DNA from: Amphiscolops sp. MND2022
Taxonomy: Eukaryota
Assembly (NCBI GenBank): GCA_964187785.1
Contig: OZ076409.1
Span: 65,040,001 to 65,104,000 of the forward strand
DNA: 64,000 nucleotides
Direction of reading: 5' to 3'
This document shows, one piece after another, positions 36,250 through 51,133 of this stretch; positions within the stretch are counted from its first letter, which is position 1; every line of letters begins with the position of its first letter. The position numbers and the translations under genes are program-made. The notes below the pieces were generated by a model that was not told where the DNA came from, made no database searches, and was given only the letters and a program-made list of their open reading frames with translations.

Positions 36250-38241
36250 GGGCCCATTTCCGTTCAAAATTTTTGACGCATCCAAAATTTAAATGCGGAC
36301 CTTTCGAGGTGACTGAAAAAAACTTGCCACTGTAAGAGGTTTTTTCAAAAGGTGCCCACTAAAAATACTATATCGTTTTCCGCACATTTTTCCATATGAC
36401 AAAAGAAAAACACTGAGTTTTCGATTTAATAACTGCCATGCTACCAATTTAAATCCAAATGATAGAGGTTCTTACAAAGAATTCAACTACCATAAACATA
36501 GTTTCGTGGGATGTTTTGTAGAGATATTGAACTATAAAAAAGTGTCACGAAATGGCCAAAAACAATGAAATTTTCCCTTTTTTGACCGTTTTTACACAGT
36601 TTTAGTACTCTTTCTGAGTTTTTCCGGAAATTAGAATATCCACTGAGTTCAGCGATAAATATAAGCTATACAAAAATCTTTAAAAAATTCAAGATTTTCA
36701 TGAAACTCCCTCAAAAATTGTAATTGGTATTGACATAAGCAGAGTTTTGAGATAGAAACATTTACTTCTTTGACGTACTTTTTGTTGGAGCGATTCGAAA
36801 TAGTTACTAAGAAACTTAGAAAACGAAAATTTTCCAATTTGTGACAATTTTATGCAGTTTTTCCATCAATTTTTAAACGTTTTTCCTCAGTATGATTTCC
36901 ACATGTTTCAACAACTAACTAAGTAGCTACTGATTCAACTTTATGATAAGTATAGTTTGTTTCGAAAAAACATTCATGTCAAAAACTTGAATTCCCGAAC
37001 GTTTGATACACGTTTCGTGCAACAGTTGGGTGTTTCCCTGAGTCTGAAAGTCTAAAGAGGAGGAAAACGAAACAATTGTTTCTTCAGCTAATTTTTGCAC
37101 ACATAATAAGCTGGGTTTTATTCAAAAACTAGTGTAAAAGTTTTGTAACAAAAAACAAGTTTTTTTAAAAAACGATGTCAGAAAAAAAATGAAATTTGAT
37201 AAACTCGAAAAAATGTGTAAATTTCGAAATATCGGACGTTTTTAGTCTTTTTGTACCGGTCTTGGAGCTTCTTATGGGTCTGAAAATTCAACGAATAGGA
37301 GAACAAAGCGTTTATCGTTTTTCGTTCAGAAGAATTCAGAAAAGACCCCAAAGTTCAGAAAAGAGTCCAGACGGACAAACAAACCAGGACGTTGCAGTTT
37401 GTTGAGTTAATTGAGCTTTTTCGCAAATTCGTAGTTTATTCAGTCTCAAAACAATGTCGTCTCTGAAATATTTCCAACCGGGGAAAGTTCTGCTCCTTCT
37501 GGGTCCTCTTGTAAAAAAGCGATCGGAATAAAACATACTATGATCGGATGCAACTAATCGAATTCTGGATTGATGCAGAATAATCGACTATTCTAAAGTT
37601 TTGACTGACCAAGAACAATGAAATACATAAAATTTCTTTCACAATCGAGAAAAGTTTAGATTGGCGCCCAACTTTAGTCCTAAATGGTGTGTAGTAAGGG
37701 TGTACTGGACATCAAGTCCGGTCCGGTGTCCGGTCTTACTTTTGACGAAATCCGGCCTGTCAAATTTTTCAGCAAAAACTATCCCTGGATGACAACCCAT
37801 GCCAAGCCACCGGAGCCCCGTCTGAGGTCAAAGCACATTTTGCTGTATCCCACCGATACTCCATCGGTGGGCTGTCATAGTGTTGACTTTCGACAGTAAC
37901 AGTGGAACACCATAGTTAGTAAACCTGAATTGCGTAAAACTAGTTCATTGAATTTCCTATTCAAATCTATTTTAAAAAAGTTGCACAGTGTGAAACAACC
38001 ACGCTCAACTTTGTACATTGGATAAAATTGCCAAAAATTTAAAAGAGGGTCCTTTTAAAACTTTTAGGCCTTCTTCAGATTTTTAAAAATTTTTCAGAAT
38101 CTTCGGATCTTTGGCAAACTAAAACTTTTTTTGGTTACTTAAACTGCTTAGAGAAAAAGACTTGATACGTAATAGAGCGCCAATGGTTTTTTTATTCGAC
38201 ACTTTTTGAAATATAAAAAGTTCTCGACTTCAACAGAGGCA

Positions 38242-38708
38242 TTTTTAGTCGGCGCCTTTTCCCTTAAGGAAAAAAGCCCGACTCTTACAGTGAGTAGTTT
38301 TTTTTTTGTTTTTTTCAGTTGACAATCTCACTCTGAGTGGTCCACTTTTCTTACAATTCTTACAATTTTCAAAATCTTACAATTATTACTTAGCAAAATT
38401 AAAATACTGGCGCAAAAGTAGTTTTTATATCATCTAAGGGTCCCCAAAGGGTATTTTCGGCACTGTGCGACTTTTTTTCGAAAAAATTTTTATTGTTCCA
38501 AAAGGGTCCCCCCTTCGAGTTTTTTCATATTTTGCAACTGAATGTATGTTAATACATCACAAAGGGTCCCCCCTTTTACATTTTTCGGCACTATGCGACT
38601 TTTTTTGAAAGAATTTTTTTTCAAAAATTCATGTTTTTTTCCAAAAAAATTTTTTTGCGCTTTTTGAGCCTTAGATATGGCGCCGACTTTGGACGTTCTC
38701 GTCTTGTT
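38242..38708 (+). mobile_element. Helentron/DINE-1-like copy, uninterrupted
   Basis: TTTTTAGTCGGCGCC...CCGACT start. GGCGCCGACTTTGGACGTTCTCGTCTTGTT end. Confidence 0.68.
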
Positions 38709-39899
38709 GCGTTTTGTTTTCGAAGTGCTCACACTGAATGGTCCACTTTTTGATAATATTCAGTTTGATTATCTTCGGTCTTCATTGACTTGTATCAACA
38801 AGCCGGGATCAACCCAAGTCGGCGCTCCGCTCACGTTTCTAAAAACCGAGTTTCCTAAATATGCAAAGGACACTTTTATCAATTTCTCAGAGCCGAAAAA
38901 GACCACAACAGATGCGCTTAAAACTCGGAATCTTTTTCCCCCAGCTGAAAACACAAAAAATCCATTTTTGCAATGTTTTCTTTCGAATTTTTCTCCCGGC
39001 AATCAGCTATGAAGGCGACGAAATACCCTTTGACCAAACGAACGTCTCGGAAAAAAAAGAGGCCAAGAACCAGAAAAAAGCCGAAAAAAAGGTCTTTTCC
39101 ACAGTCATTAACAAAACCCGTCAGTACCTTAGGATCGAAAAGTAGCAAACAGGTCACCGTCAAGACTCGGGAACTGTTTTTTAAACAGAAAACCACAAAA
39201 ACCAAAAATTGTGAAACAAATTTTGGATGTTTTTGTTGAAAAACTTTTTCAAAAAGTTTTTTCATCTCGGTAATCGCACAGTAACGAAAAACGAAAGGGC
39301 ACTTTGTTGTTCGCCTACTTTGAAAACATAAATCCAACTTGGATGAAAGCGAGACTCAAACCAATGTACCCCTGCTTCATTGACCTTTCCACCAGGTCGG
39401 GAAATCCGCCGCGTTATCTACAAATGGCAGTGATTGAGTTTATTAAAATTGAACACTTTTTGATAGAACAATTTTGGCTAGTTCAGTTGTATGAAAAAAT
39501 CAGTTATGTATGAGTAAAAATAGAATCAAAAGAAAAGAGCCGACAAAAAATTACTAGGACCCTTGCATATCTGGGAGCACTAGCTAAAACTCCAACGAAA
39601 TTTGCAAGTAGCAGAGATTGATTTGAATTTGGAATGCATTGCGGAACAAATAGAATTTTTAAAACATACAAACACTTATCTTCAGTTGTGCAATAATTGC
39701 AATCATTGACTAATTTTAAAAAAGATTTCAGGATAAAAAAATTCGCGGACAAACTTTAACCTGTTCATTTGAAATCTTCCATCATCTCAGGTTTTTTAAC
39801 TTATAATTTACACTTAAATTCAAACCTTTTATCCATTTTGAAAAGATCCTGTTGCTCAATAAGGGTAAGTCTAGGCTCGAAGCCTAATTAAGCACAAAC

Positions 39900-42800
39900 G
39901 ATCTAATCAATTCATAGGCTATGACGAGTTCGTAAATGACATAATCCCCAAAGAAAAGCGAACTACTGAGTTTCAGCAATTAGGTGGGGAATTTCCTAAT
40001 TTATTTAATAGAAGAGGTCGAGTAGAAAAACAAAAAATTGAAGATAGTGCAAATTTTTCAGAGCATAAAGGCCGCAGAGTACCGACCAAATTGCAAGATC
40101 AAATTGACATCGGAAAGGTTTTTAAAGAAAGCTATATTGAACGAGTACATAAAGTTCAAGAGCACGTAAATTCACAAACGGCAATAACAGTAAAAATTTC
40201 AAGTCCGCCACGATAGCACTCGATGCACGAGCAATGAATGATTCAATATTTTGAAAAAACCAAATGCTGAATTTCGCGAAAATATTCGGTATGATTGACG
40301 GAATGACGGAAAGCTAGATAAAGAAGAAAGGAAAGTGTGGTTTTTGTTGGTGGATATGATTGCATACGTACAAGTACCACAGAATGAGATAGTAAAGAAT
40401 CATTGCAAGGTTCAATATTTCGAAATAAACTCTACCGTAACGAATCGCTTAACAACAGAATATTATGGTCTCACAGTAATGCCAACGCAATGTGAGAATT
40501 TGATGAACAACACATTTGTAAATAGAAAGTGTGTTTGTGTACACTTAATTGTAACAAAATGAACCAAGAGTAATCATTTAGATAAAATGCTGGAAGTCTT
40601 GGTAATACTGGATGGTGCAAACTTGCAGCTTGAGCAGAAACATGCATGAGTGCCCAAGATATTTAAATTGATTTGGGTAAAAATTAACTCAAACAGGCCT
40701 TGCCTCGTGATGGCAAAGGCCCAGGAAATAGGCGATAGGTTGACACCAGCAAATTTGAAACAAATTGCGCTCAATATTGGGAGCACTCAATCAACTCAGG
40801 AAATTCATTCCGAACTTGAGTGTAATCAGGACTACTTTGAAAAAGACACAAAATGAGATGGTCCGCAGAATACGAAAAATATTTCGCAAACCTGAAGAAG
40901 AAATTAAACGAGTTGCTGAATTGTCACAATTTAAAAGAAACAAAAAAACACAAGAACAATTTTTGACGCTAATAAACAGGGCGTAGGGGCTGTTTTACAA
41001 CAAATTGAAAAGGCTGGGGATTTGAGACCGATACTCTTCAAAACAGTTTTTGCACTGATTTCGAAACTAAAATCTTTGTTTTTGAAATAAAACACTCAAC
41101 GATCGTATAAAAAAATTGAACATTTTAAAAACCTAATGTATGGAGATCCATTACAAATAAAGTCTGACCAATTAATGTCTGTTTTAAAACCTAACAGGGA
41201 AACTGAAACGACTTCAAGCCAGTTGACCAGTTGGGTGAATAGATTACTGCCACTTGATTTTGAGGAGATAACAAACGCTGCAGGAAGAACCTTGGGCAAT
41301 GCCGATTGCAAGACAATAAAAAATATGAAGGACTTGTCCTTAAAACCAAAAACTGTGGATTGAGTGGTTTATTGTGGAAATGTAATTTGCCCTTATGATG
41401 TTTTTGATAAGGGCGCGATTTCACGCGACCGAAACAAAATGGCAGAAACTATCAATGAGAGAATCAGCATCAACTGTGTGAGCGAAGTGAAATTGAAGCG
41501 TCTGATAAGGTTGCGGGAACAACACGGTTCGCGGGATACCAGTAAGAGTAGTTGAAGCGCTACCAACACCAAATTTAGATCGACTAGGAGGCCGTCAATT
41601 CGCTCTCATTAATTGGAAGAAAAGCTAATGGCTGCTAATTATGTAATCGAGAGTTTATTTCGGAGGGTCATTGCGACCGAACATGCCTGGACAGGCCCAA
41701 GTCGGCGCCATATTTAGGGTTCAAAAGTAGCAAAAGGACTTCAAAATGTCAGAGTATTGATTAATTGGGGCCCTTCATGAATAAAAAATGACAAAAGTCT
41801 CACAAGGTCGGAAAAAAAAACAAAAAAGGGGGACTCTTTGAATCTTTTGAACATCAATTCTGTCGCAAATCTCCGAAACAATTGAAGGGGAGACCCTTCG
41901 GGAAAAACTTCTTTCCGAATAAGGTCCTGCAATTCCAAAAAAACTGAAAGGGGCACCCTTTGGCTCCTCTGGTATTGTTTGTTAAGCGGGAAATCTTTTT
42001 GGTTCAACACCTTGGGCCAACGGGTACAATTTGGCGTCTTCATAAACTTTTGTAGAACTTTTGGGTTAGAACTATTTTGGTCACTTCTGATGTATCAAAA
42101 AAATATATTAAAAAAACTTGAACAAGACACCGACGAAAAGCCATGACCATAGTTGACTCTTGTTTCTAGGGAAGCACCGACTGAAAGTGCAACTGAACAG
42201 CAGTATGCCGGCTTCCTCCCTCTCAGCGAGAAACCTTTCAATCGTTTTCCCTGAACGAGGAAATTTTTTTTACAAGGATAACTGTCTCGTTACTCCCTAG
42301 TCAAAACGGAGAGCCATGATGCAATACTTTTTACATTATGGACACACAGGCAATGGTGCCATGCTAGGCAGGGTATCGGATATCAGTTGGCCTTGAAGAT
42401 ACAAGCATATAAGAATTTGAAGGTAATTTCGAGACAGAGCAAGGTGGTGAGGGTACCGGTATTGAAAGAATTGAACGAAGTAGCCCTCGGTTTCGCAGGA
42501 CCTTCCGCAGTTCAGAATGCTAAACAAGGAAAAATCGCTTCTATCAAAAGATCCTATTTCAGGAAGGTTGGACACGAAAATTTTCATCGCGGAACAACAA
42601 GGAAGATATCGAGTTTTTGAAGCAATACTTATCGTGTTATGGCGTCTCCAAAACAACAAGAACAGATTCGACACAGTGTTGGTGAGTGAGGCATTTTCAA
42701 AGTTTGTCAGCCGTTTTGTATAAAAAACACATACTTTATCCAATGCGCAATCAAAGACTGCGATTGAAGTATCGAACGGTAAAACCGAACGACTTATTCG

Positions 42801-43600
42801 CACGATCAATGAACACTTAAGCGCGAACAAACAAATAGTGCAAACAAAAGATAGGTCGGCGTTATCAGAATTCATGTATGCTTTACAGAAGCAAGAAGGA
42901 TTGAAAGTCGCCGTATGAAAAACAGCTGGGAAAAGAGCCAAAAACTGTAAAAAACAATGTAGTTGAAACTTTGTTGGAAGTTTCAGATAGTAACAACAAC
43001 TTAGACCTCTAGCCTTCGGACTTTCGAGATGATCTGATCCAAACAAATTCTGTCCGTGAAGGAGCCGGAGACTAAAAATGTGAAGGAATCTTTGACAAGA
43101 TGGCGGGAGGAGTAATAAAAAACGGACCAATCAACTACCAATTTGCTAAACACAGCGGCAGGCCGAGACTATACGCGAAAAGCGATTCGGGAAAATCAAC
43201 AGAAAACAGAGGTGCAGAGGTGCTCGAGAGAAAAAAAACGAATTCTTAATGAATTGTCAAGGTTGGAGGAATCAGTGGGTGAATAGAACGAGATTCATCT
43301 GATGTCAGAAACTGCAATGGACTTTGAAGAACAATTTTGATCGATATTGCAGTGTATTTAGTGAGACAGCGCTCATGCATGCAACTGAAATGGCGAAATC
43401 GCAAAACACTGGAAAAGCGCAAGTCCCTTCGGAAAGAGCCATCTCCACGGATGAGCAAAGTGGTAGAACGCTCGAAAAGCATGGGAAATTACCAGCTAAT
43501 GTATAGGACAGGACCCGTGTGGCGACTTGGAGATACGGCATCGATGTACTGCGAATGGAGAATGATCTTGATGGGTTAAACTTTTGTTTCATAAACTACT
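39900..43600 (+). pseudogene. Highly decayed Ty3/Gypsy pol relic (RT, RNase H, integrase), interrupted by a Helentron-like copy
   Basis: Fragments YYGLTVMPT, LRSILGALNQLRKFIPNL, YGDPLQIKSDQ, LTSWVNRLLPLDFE, HYGHTG, FAGP, NGKTERLIRTINEHL across many frameshifts. Boundaries are approximate. Confidence 0.75.
41690..42186 (-). mobile_element. Helentron/DINE-1-like copy inserted in the Gypsy relic
   Basis: GGCCCAAGTCGGCGCCATAT ... GAAGCACCGACTGAAA (reverse-complement termini). Confidence 0.62.
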
Positions 43601-46600
43601 CTAACAACACTTAACACTAGATAATCAACAATGTAAATTTGTTTTCACATTTACACGTTTACAGTTTGTCCTTGAGAAGATAATGGGGATTGAACAACTT
43701 CACGTTGTTTGGTCCTTCTCAATAAAACGGGGGGTTAAAAGATGTCGAAGTATTTGTAAACATTTGTAATCATCAGCTGTCACGCCAGCATTCAAAAAAG
43801 TTTCCAGTAAATGATAGATGTAGCTGCCAGCGTCTTTCAATCTACCAACAAAAACGACCGGAAAATCGCCCAAAGGAAAATCTAGGTCATTCTAAAACTG
43901 ACTTTCATTGAACAGTTCGGAAATGTTGCTGCTGACAAACAATTGATGTTCCGTTTCGAAGGAAATCAAACAGTCTGCGCCAATCACAACTCTCAGATTG
44001 CTTTAGAAACTGTGATCTCAATTCTATCTCTTTGGCACAGCGACTACAAGACGTTGCCTACTGCGTCATGTCAACAACGCATCTTTATTTCATCGCCGTT
44101 TGTTGGCTAAAGCAAGCGAATTGAATTGTTTACGATCAATTTAACTAACTGTGGCCAGAAAAGCGTCAATCATTCATCTTCCGACGAACAGTATGACAAT
44201 CATAAAAATGCAGATCAAGAAACTCGACGGAGCCAAGAACTACGGCAACGCAACTAAATCTACCCGAAAAACCCGAGGAATTACCAAGAGACGACCAGCA
44301 TCTTTTTTCTCCTTCTCAGAGAAGACTATAATAGACAGAACGAACGAAGGGCTTTCTCTAGCTAACGAAGGAAAAAGTCGACGCCCACGCTGAGACAACC
44401 ATCCTCTACGCATTTGGCCTCTGCACTCTATTTCCAAATACCTTCCCCGGGAGTGTCATGCTAGATGATGGATAGGTAGTTCACTAAACATTTGTAGGGT
44501 AAATATTTTGTCATTGGTATTTACTTGTGGACAATATGGAGCCATTTGATAAGGGCTATGGTTATGTTCAACTCTACATTTATTGTACTTAATCGCTATC
44601 TTTGAGTTTGAGTTACTTTAACATTTTTACAAGCATGAGCCTCCTTATTCCGGTGTTTTGCTAGTATATCTGCTGATAGCTAGTGCTATTTTGAATTACT
44701 AAATGGTGAGTCACGACAAGGGAGAGGCAAAGACAGTTTTCCGGTCAAAATGGACCGTCGGATATAAAAGAGATGAAGTATAGTGAAAGATATAATAAGG
44801 TCCCGCCTCAGATAAAGATCTACCGTGACACTTCATGATTGACTCATCGGTATTTATTTATTAGACTTAGAGACTGAAATCGGAGAATGATAGCTCATCC
44901 GCTTTCCATCACTACTAACCAGACTTTGAAATTCATCAAGAACGTACAGCATATTCGTGTATTTCATGACAACTCCATCAGCGGAGTGGGTTTATGCTTA
45001 GTGAGCAGTTATTCGTTTATGCTTATTCGTGTAGTTCACCGCAAATCTATCAGCGGATTTAGTTTTTGGTTGGAAAGCAGTTTAGACGCGTCAGTTTTAC
45101 TAATTCCTTTCTTATTTGGTACGAGTAAAAGGCATCGTTTATGCATCGCCTAGAAAGTGTATAAAGGTTACTCTAGTACTGTTCACTGGAACTTACTTGT
45201 AAATATGGGAAGCTCACCTTAAATTAATCATTTAATCAGTAAAAGAATAAATGTGCTGGTTTTCATTGATGTATGGTATAGTTCATCGCCTATTCGTCAA
45301 TAATTGGTATGATTGTGTATTGAATGAGTGACTCACGCATTAAACGTGAAAGTTCATCACTTTTACTTCACCATGGTAATGAAAATGTAGTGCTGGTAAT
45401 CATTGAGTCTGTAAGTTGATGATTCATGTGGATTTACCAATTATGCACTGCTGGCATTTACTCTGGCCACCCAGCGGCAAGTTGTTTCACTGGCGTGACT
45501 GCTCTTTAATTCCTGCTAAAGAGAACTACTGAGAGAAACGGATGGTAAGAGACCATCCAAACAGGACTCGCAACTTGGCTAAAAAGGACGCCGCCATTAG
45601 TGATTAGCCAGTAGAGAACTGATACCGACGTCCTGAAAGGATGTCTCTCTCCACTAGAATTTGTACAACATCAATTATTCCCATTTCAAAATCTAACATC
45701 GACTGATTAGTCATTTGTTTACAGTTTCATCTCTCCTTTGACAAATTATCTAAACCAGTTTTATGAAAAACCCTGAAGTAGTGAATCAATTTTCATACAG
45801 TCGTTCATGAAATGCTTCTTAGTCTAGAGTAGTGGACTGAATTTCTCATACAAGTTTACATCGAAAAGAAACTTCATTGTAAAATCATCGCCAATCCAGT
45901 CTTTAATAAAACATTTTTTCTCCATCGTATTAGCGCAGAAACAGGCACTAAGCTCCGAAAACGGAAAGCTCATCGATTTGAGACCTGATAGTTCTTTAAC
46001 AAGTAATATCGATTTGATTGACGCCAATTCCGGTGTTGTTGAATCCGTTGGTGAAGCCAGTGTGTCGTCTCGGTTCGCTGAAATGAAAGACAGTTACGAG
46101 AGGAAGTTTAACTAGTCCGGAATCAGTCAACTGAAGGATTTTTTGTTATATATGATAAAAAAGTCCAACAATACTACTACTATTAGTTCATATCAAAGTC
46201 CTTCAAATCAACCTACGCGTAGGTTCGACAGCAGTTGTTAACATGAAATATATACTACGAGGTAAAAATCTCAGCAAAAAGCAGACGTCAGATTAAAATA
46301 TTGAATTACCGAAAATAAGTACTACATCAATTCAACATTGCATCCCCTTGTTTTGATCAGTTCTTTTTCTTTATGACCCTAAGTCATGTATTTATCTCAA
46401 AGCAAATGATGTTTGCCTAAATTCAACGAATTGATTTTCAAAACATAATTCATAGTAATAACCACGCGAAAATCCCTTTTAGCTTTTTTAAATTTCAACC
46501 TAGAGAATTTTTTAGCCATTGCATGATGAGTTATGATTGTGGCTTTGAAGTTTCTTGACTCAGTTTTTGAAGTTTTCGGCAAATTCAATATTAAACTTCA

Positions 46601-48104
46601 CACCGAATCGATTGGTGTTTTCATTGACGCATTTTGAATCAAAAGACGCGACTACTACCGTGACTAGTTTTTTCTCCAACCTCACTCACTCTGAAATTAC
46701 TACTTTTTCTGAACTTTGTTCAGCTTTGTAAATGGTTTCACACCGTCCTAGAGCAAGTCTAAAATGCATCCATCTAGCACGCAGTGTACAACACCAGATG
46801 GCAGCAAAGGGTCCCCGTTCTGGAGTTTTTGGCACTTTCCAGCTTCGAAAAAATTTTCCTTCCCACTAAAAAACTTTCTCACTAAAGGGTTTACATTTGG
46901 TATTTCTCAGTGATTCTAGTTAAGGAAAGATCAACAGTTGCATAATTTTTTGGAGAACAATATTGTTCCAAAATTGAACCGACGAGGTAATCATAATCGT
47001 TAAACAACCCATTATTTCATTTCACGTGTTTTTCCCCGAAAAAAAAAAGTTTAAAGTGTGCAGCGAAGATGATATTGGTTCTTGAACTGTTTGAAATCTA
47101 GACTAGCAACGAGGAACAATTTTTTATAATGGAGTATTTTTCTATTGTTTTGGAGAGCATCCGACTCCGCAAATCACCGAAGAAAAATTGGAATCGCACT
47201 CGCAGGTCTTTCCCTATTGTCACCCGAGGAAAACCGTTTCTGAACTTGTTTTGATCTTTATAAAGTTTGTTAACATTTAGATGGTCTTTAGTAATTCCAA
47301 AGTCCCCTACCCGCACACTTGAGATCTTTGGACCCCCACAGGGCTTGGGGTCAATGAAATGCATGTCGTCAAGAAATAGAGTTAAATAGCATACGGTTGA
47401 CAAGGTTCAGAAAAGACAGGAAGCGGTTGTGATTATCAATAGGTCTTAAATACCAACATATTGAACGTTTAAGTTCATTTTATGTACCAAGTCCTGGTAT
47501 TTGAAATTTACTTGACCGAACAAATACTTTTTTCAACATTTGGTTTAAAGGTCTTCTAAAGTTCATTTTGCACCCTGATGTAGAATGCAAATTCTATTGT
47601 CAGGTGCCTGGAATTATGTCAAAGGGTACAAAGACAATATAGTAATATAGTGATAGGGTCCACCTCAAGGCTTTAACATCTTCAGGTGTTGTAACAATTC
47701 GTTGTGATACATATAGACACGAAAGATTGAAAGATTAATTGAAAAGTTTCAGGAAACCCAGTAGTTTCATAAAGCAACTTTCATTAAACCTAAATTTGTG
47801 GAAGTCGTGAAGCATTTAATGAGGCTTAAGGTATTGACTTCAGATTGGTATAAGACTTCAGATGTCAAAGTTGGTATATTTTGGTCGAGATGATGGCATT
47901 TTCTCTATAGGAGCGAAGAAAAATGAAGCACTGACTAAACCTGTGAAAACGACGCTATATGCTAATATTTCCGTTGTTGAACAAGTTTACTCGCCTCGGT
48001 TCTTGAACTCAATACGAAAAAAATTTCCATTAGGTTTGTTTCATCGCATGATTTTTTCGAAGTCATTCAAAATAGATCAAGTTTCTGCAATTGATCTTTG
48101 TCAA

Positions 48105-49296
48105 CCCAGGTTTTCGATCTTTGCGAATCTGTGCAGATCTGCAGGATTTTTGCAGACCTTCGCACATATGTGCAGATCTGCGGAATTTTTGCAGATCTTT
48201 GCAGATATGTGCAGTTTCGAAAAAATTTAACATACTCAGAAACACAATAAAAACCCCACAGCGATGTCAAACGAATAATAAAAATTTTTAAAACTGGAGA
48301 GAAGTCTCATTTATTTCAAAATGATGAAACATTTTTCTGTAGCAATCTGTACAGATCTGTAAAGATTACAGATCTTTACAGAGCCAAACAATGACCAATA
48401 AATTACCATAACGTATTCCAAAAATTCCAGTTTTACCAAAATAGGCCCCTCCGGGGCTCAGTACTATTTCTGCTTTAATCTTTATTTTTTTTGAAACAAA
48501 AAAATCATTAATAAGAGAATCATATCTGGAATACCAATACACTCTTGTTCAATCATTATTTAGCGCACAATTACATGTAATCACTGTACAAGTTTACACC
48601 GCCTTTAATTCTTCTCGGACCAAAGAAAATATAACTACTAAGCGTAGACGAAGTTTCGCATTCGCATTTGAATGCAGGCGAAGCTCTCAACGAACGAATA
48701 ATTAACACTCATTCGCTTCATCTCAATAACTCGGGGCAACGAAAGCACAATTACGAACATTCGCTCGCTTCATCTCAATGACGTCAGCATACGAATGGAT
48801 AATTACCACTCGCTCGTTCCATCGCACTAGAATTGAATTGTTGTCGGCAGCTTTCCCACGCTTACAGTCACTGCCGAACAAAATATCTGAATTATTCAGT
48901 ATCACGACAAAAATTGTTCTGAAAAAAAAGTAGAACGTTTGAGGTTTCAATAATATTCCTGCTAAAGCAGAATTATTAAAAATCGCACTTTCGCCAGTCA
49001 CCAAAATTACCGTGATGGGGACAAATTAGTTCTCAAAATTTTTGAGTGATGGAGAGTTTCAACTGACTGACCCTAGGTCAGCTAAAATACTCGATAAAGT
49101 AGTTGAAGAAGTCCAAAAATGCAGTATATTGGTTCCTTAGAAGCTGCAGAAAAATAAATTTCTGCAAAAATCTTCAAAAAAATCTGCACACTTCTGTAAA
49201 GATCTTGCAGATCTGAATGGATCTTCAAGATTCAGTGCAACGATCTTTGCAGAACCCTGCAGATCTGCACAGATTCGCAAAGATCGAAAACCTGGG
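48105..49296. mobile_element. Non-autonomous CCCAGG-ended TIR element (CMC/EnSpm-like), copy 1
   Basis: TIR of about 40 bp CCCAGGTTTTCGATCTTTGCGAATCTGTGCAGATCTGCAG and its reverse complement. AA on both flanks (possible 2-bp TSD). GCAGATCT subterminal repeats. Confidence 0.78.
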
Positions 49297-51133
49297 AACT
49301 TAGTTTGTACTCTTAGTCACAAAAAGTACGATTTGTGAATCAGATAATCGAGATTTTGACTGCTTCCTAGTCTCATGCAGCTTTGTACTAGGTTTTAGTT
49401 TTTTGAGGTATTCTTTCTAACTAGAGACCAAATACTAATGCATTCTGTTCTTTCAAACGACTGACTTTTTGCCGCAGCAATTGGCTGTTAGCCAAGATAC
49501 TGCAGGATAAAGCACAACTAAAACTTGACCAAACTTTTGACGACAATAGCCCGTGTTGAATTTAAGAAAACTGAAAACCAATTCCAACAAGACAAGTGTA
49601 AAACATTCACAATCCCAATGATACCCAAAATTTTGATCTTTGATTTGGCCTTCATTGCACTTTGAACTGTTCCGAATGGTTCTTGTGGTCTTTCACAACA
49701 AGTGTTCAATGAACTTCTGCTTGCCATTTCAAAGGGTTCGTCAACTTGTCTAAATAACAAAGTATTTATCCTAAAATCAATGAGACCAACCCATTGTTTT
49801 TGTTTATCATATTCTTTACACGTTCAAGAATCATGGTCGTGTTTGTTTTCCGTGTTTAGCCGTGTTCATCTAGAAGATTGATTGTCAGAATCTTCGTCAC
49901 CTGTGATCGCCTCTCTTCCAGAGGTCAAAGTCTCCTCGCGATCTCCGGCGTTTGCAAAATTTGTTCACGCTTGACTTCACGCCAAGTTCACACCGCGACT
50001 TTTTATAAGTCCAGTCACGCTGTAACAAAGTGTGAAAATTGCGTCAGCTGCCACGTGAAATGATTAAGATAATTAATTTGTTCACGCACTCATAAAGAAT
50101 TTAGTGACTGGTACTGAAATACTCAGCTTGATTCTGTAATTGGCCGAAATAGATAATTAGTGGAATAATAACAAACAAAATATTAATAAACCTTTCACGA
50201 TTCAGCTCTTTTGAACTCCAAGTAAGTCATTTTCTTTTTCAAGAAATATTGTAAAAAATGCTTCCATGTTTTTTTTCAAATAAAATTGTCATTATGCAAC
50301 TTTTCGGAAGTAATTTTTCTGGCAATTATTTAAAATTCAAGCAAATTGCTTAAGCATTCAAATTTATGCATTTGGCAGTTCCTAAAATTTTCAATAGTTT
50401 AGTTAATCAACAAAATACTTTTACTATTCGAAAAATTGCTTTATTTACTGTTCGTGTTCCCAAATAAATTTGATTCGGCCGAAATGCTTATGGCACTTTG
50501 AAGTACATAACGCTGATATCAAGTCATATTTATAAAAACGTTTATAAAGTTACCAATTTCCATCTTTCCATTTTTTGGATTCCAAATAGATGCAGCTGTT
50601 CAATACAGTAACTTTAGGAAACAGCACCTTCGTCTTTATTTGCTTCGAAAATGCCAATGTTACAATTTTTTTGCTAGAATTGCATATCAGAGGAATACCG
50701 CAAGCTAATGAGAGCCTAAAGCTGTGCAACTTTGATCAAAATTGAGTGAATTTAGGGTACTAATTTTTTTTCGAAAAAGCTTTTAAAGCAATTTCCTGTG
50801 CCATGGTTCTAGTTACCCTCAACTCATCTGTCTTTACTAAGTGTTGATTGCTCTTAATGAAACGACTATACGCATCAACGTTGGCCACGTCTCTTTTTTC
50901 AAAACTTTCCTGACGTTTTTTAAACAAACGGAACCTGGAACCAAACTCACAAGTTCCATACGATAGTTTCATGCCGTTTTCATGCATTGAACCGTATGGA
51001 AGCATATGACATTTGTACGGAACTATTTGATATTCCTATGAAAGCATATGATAGTCGCATGGAACCATATGCATTGCTTCATAACTACAATCGTTCACGT
51101 TCTACCCACGAAGCCGCAAGAAGTCGATAACAA

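Noticed and set aside
43725..45670. Possible 3' LTR or solo LTR after the Gypsy relic (G-run at about 43729, TG...CA candidates)
   Set aside because: No second copy or TSD to fix the boundaries, so it cannot be supported.
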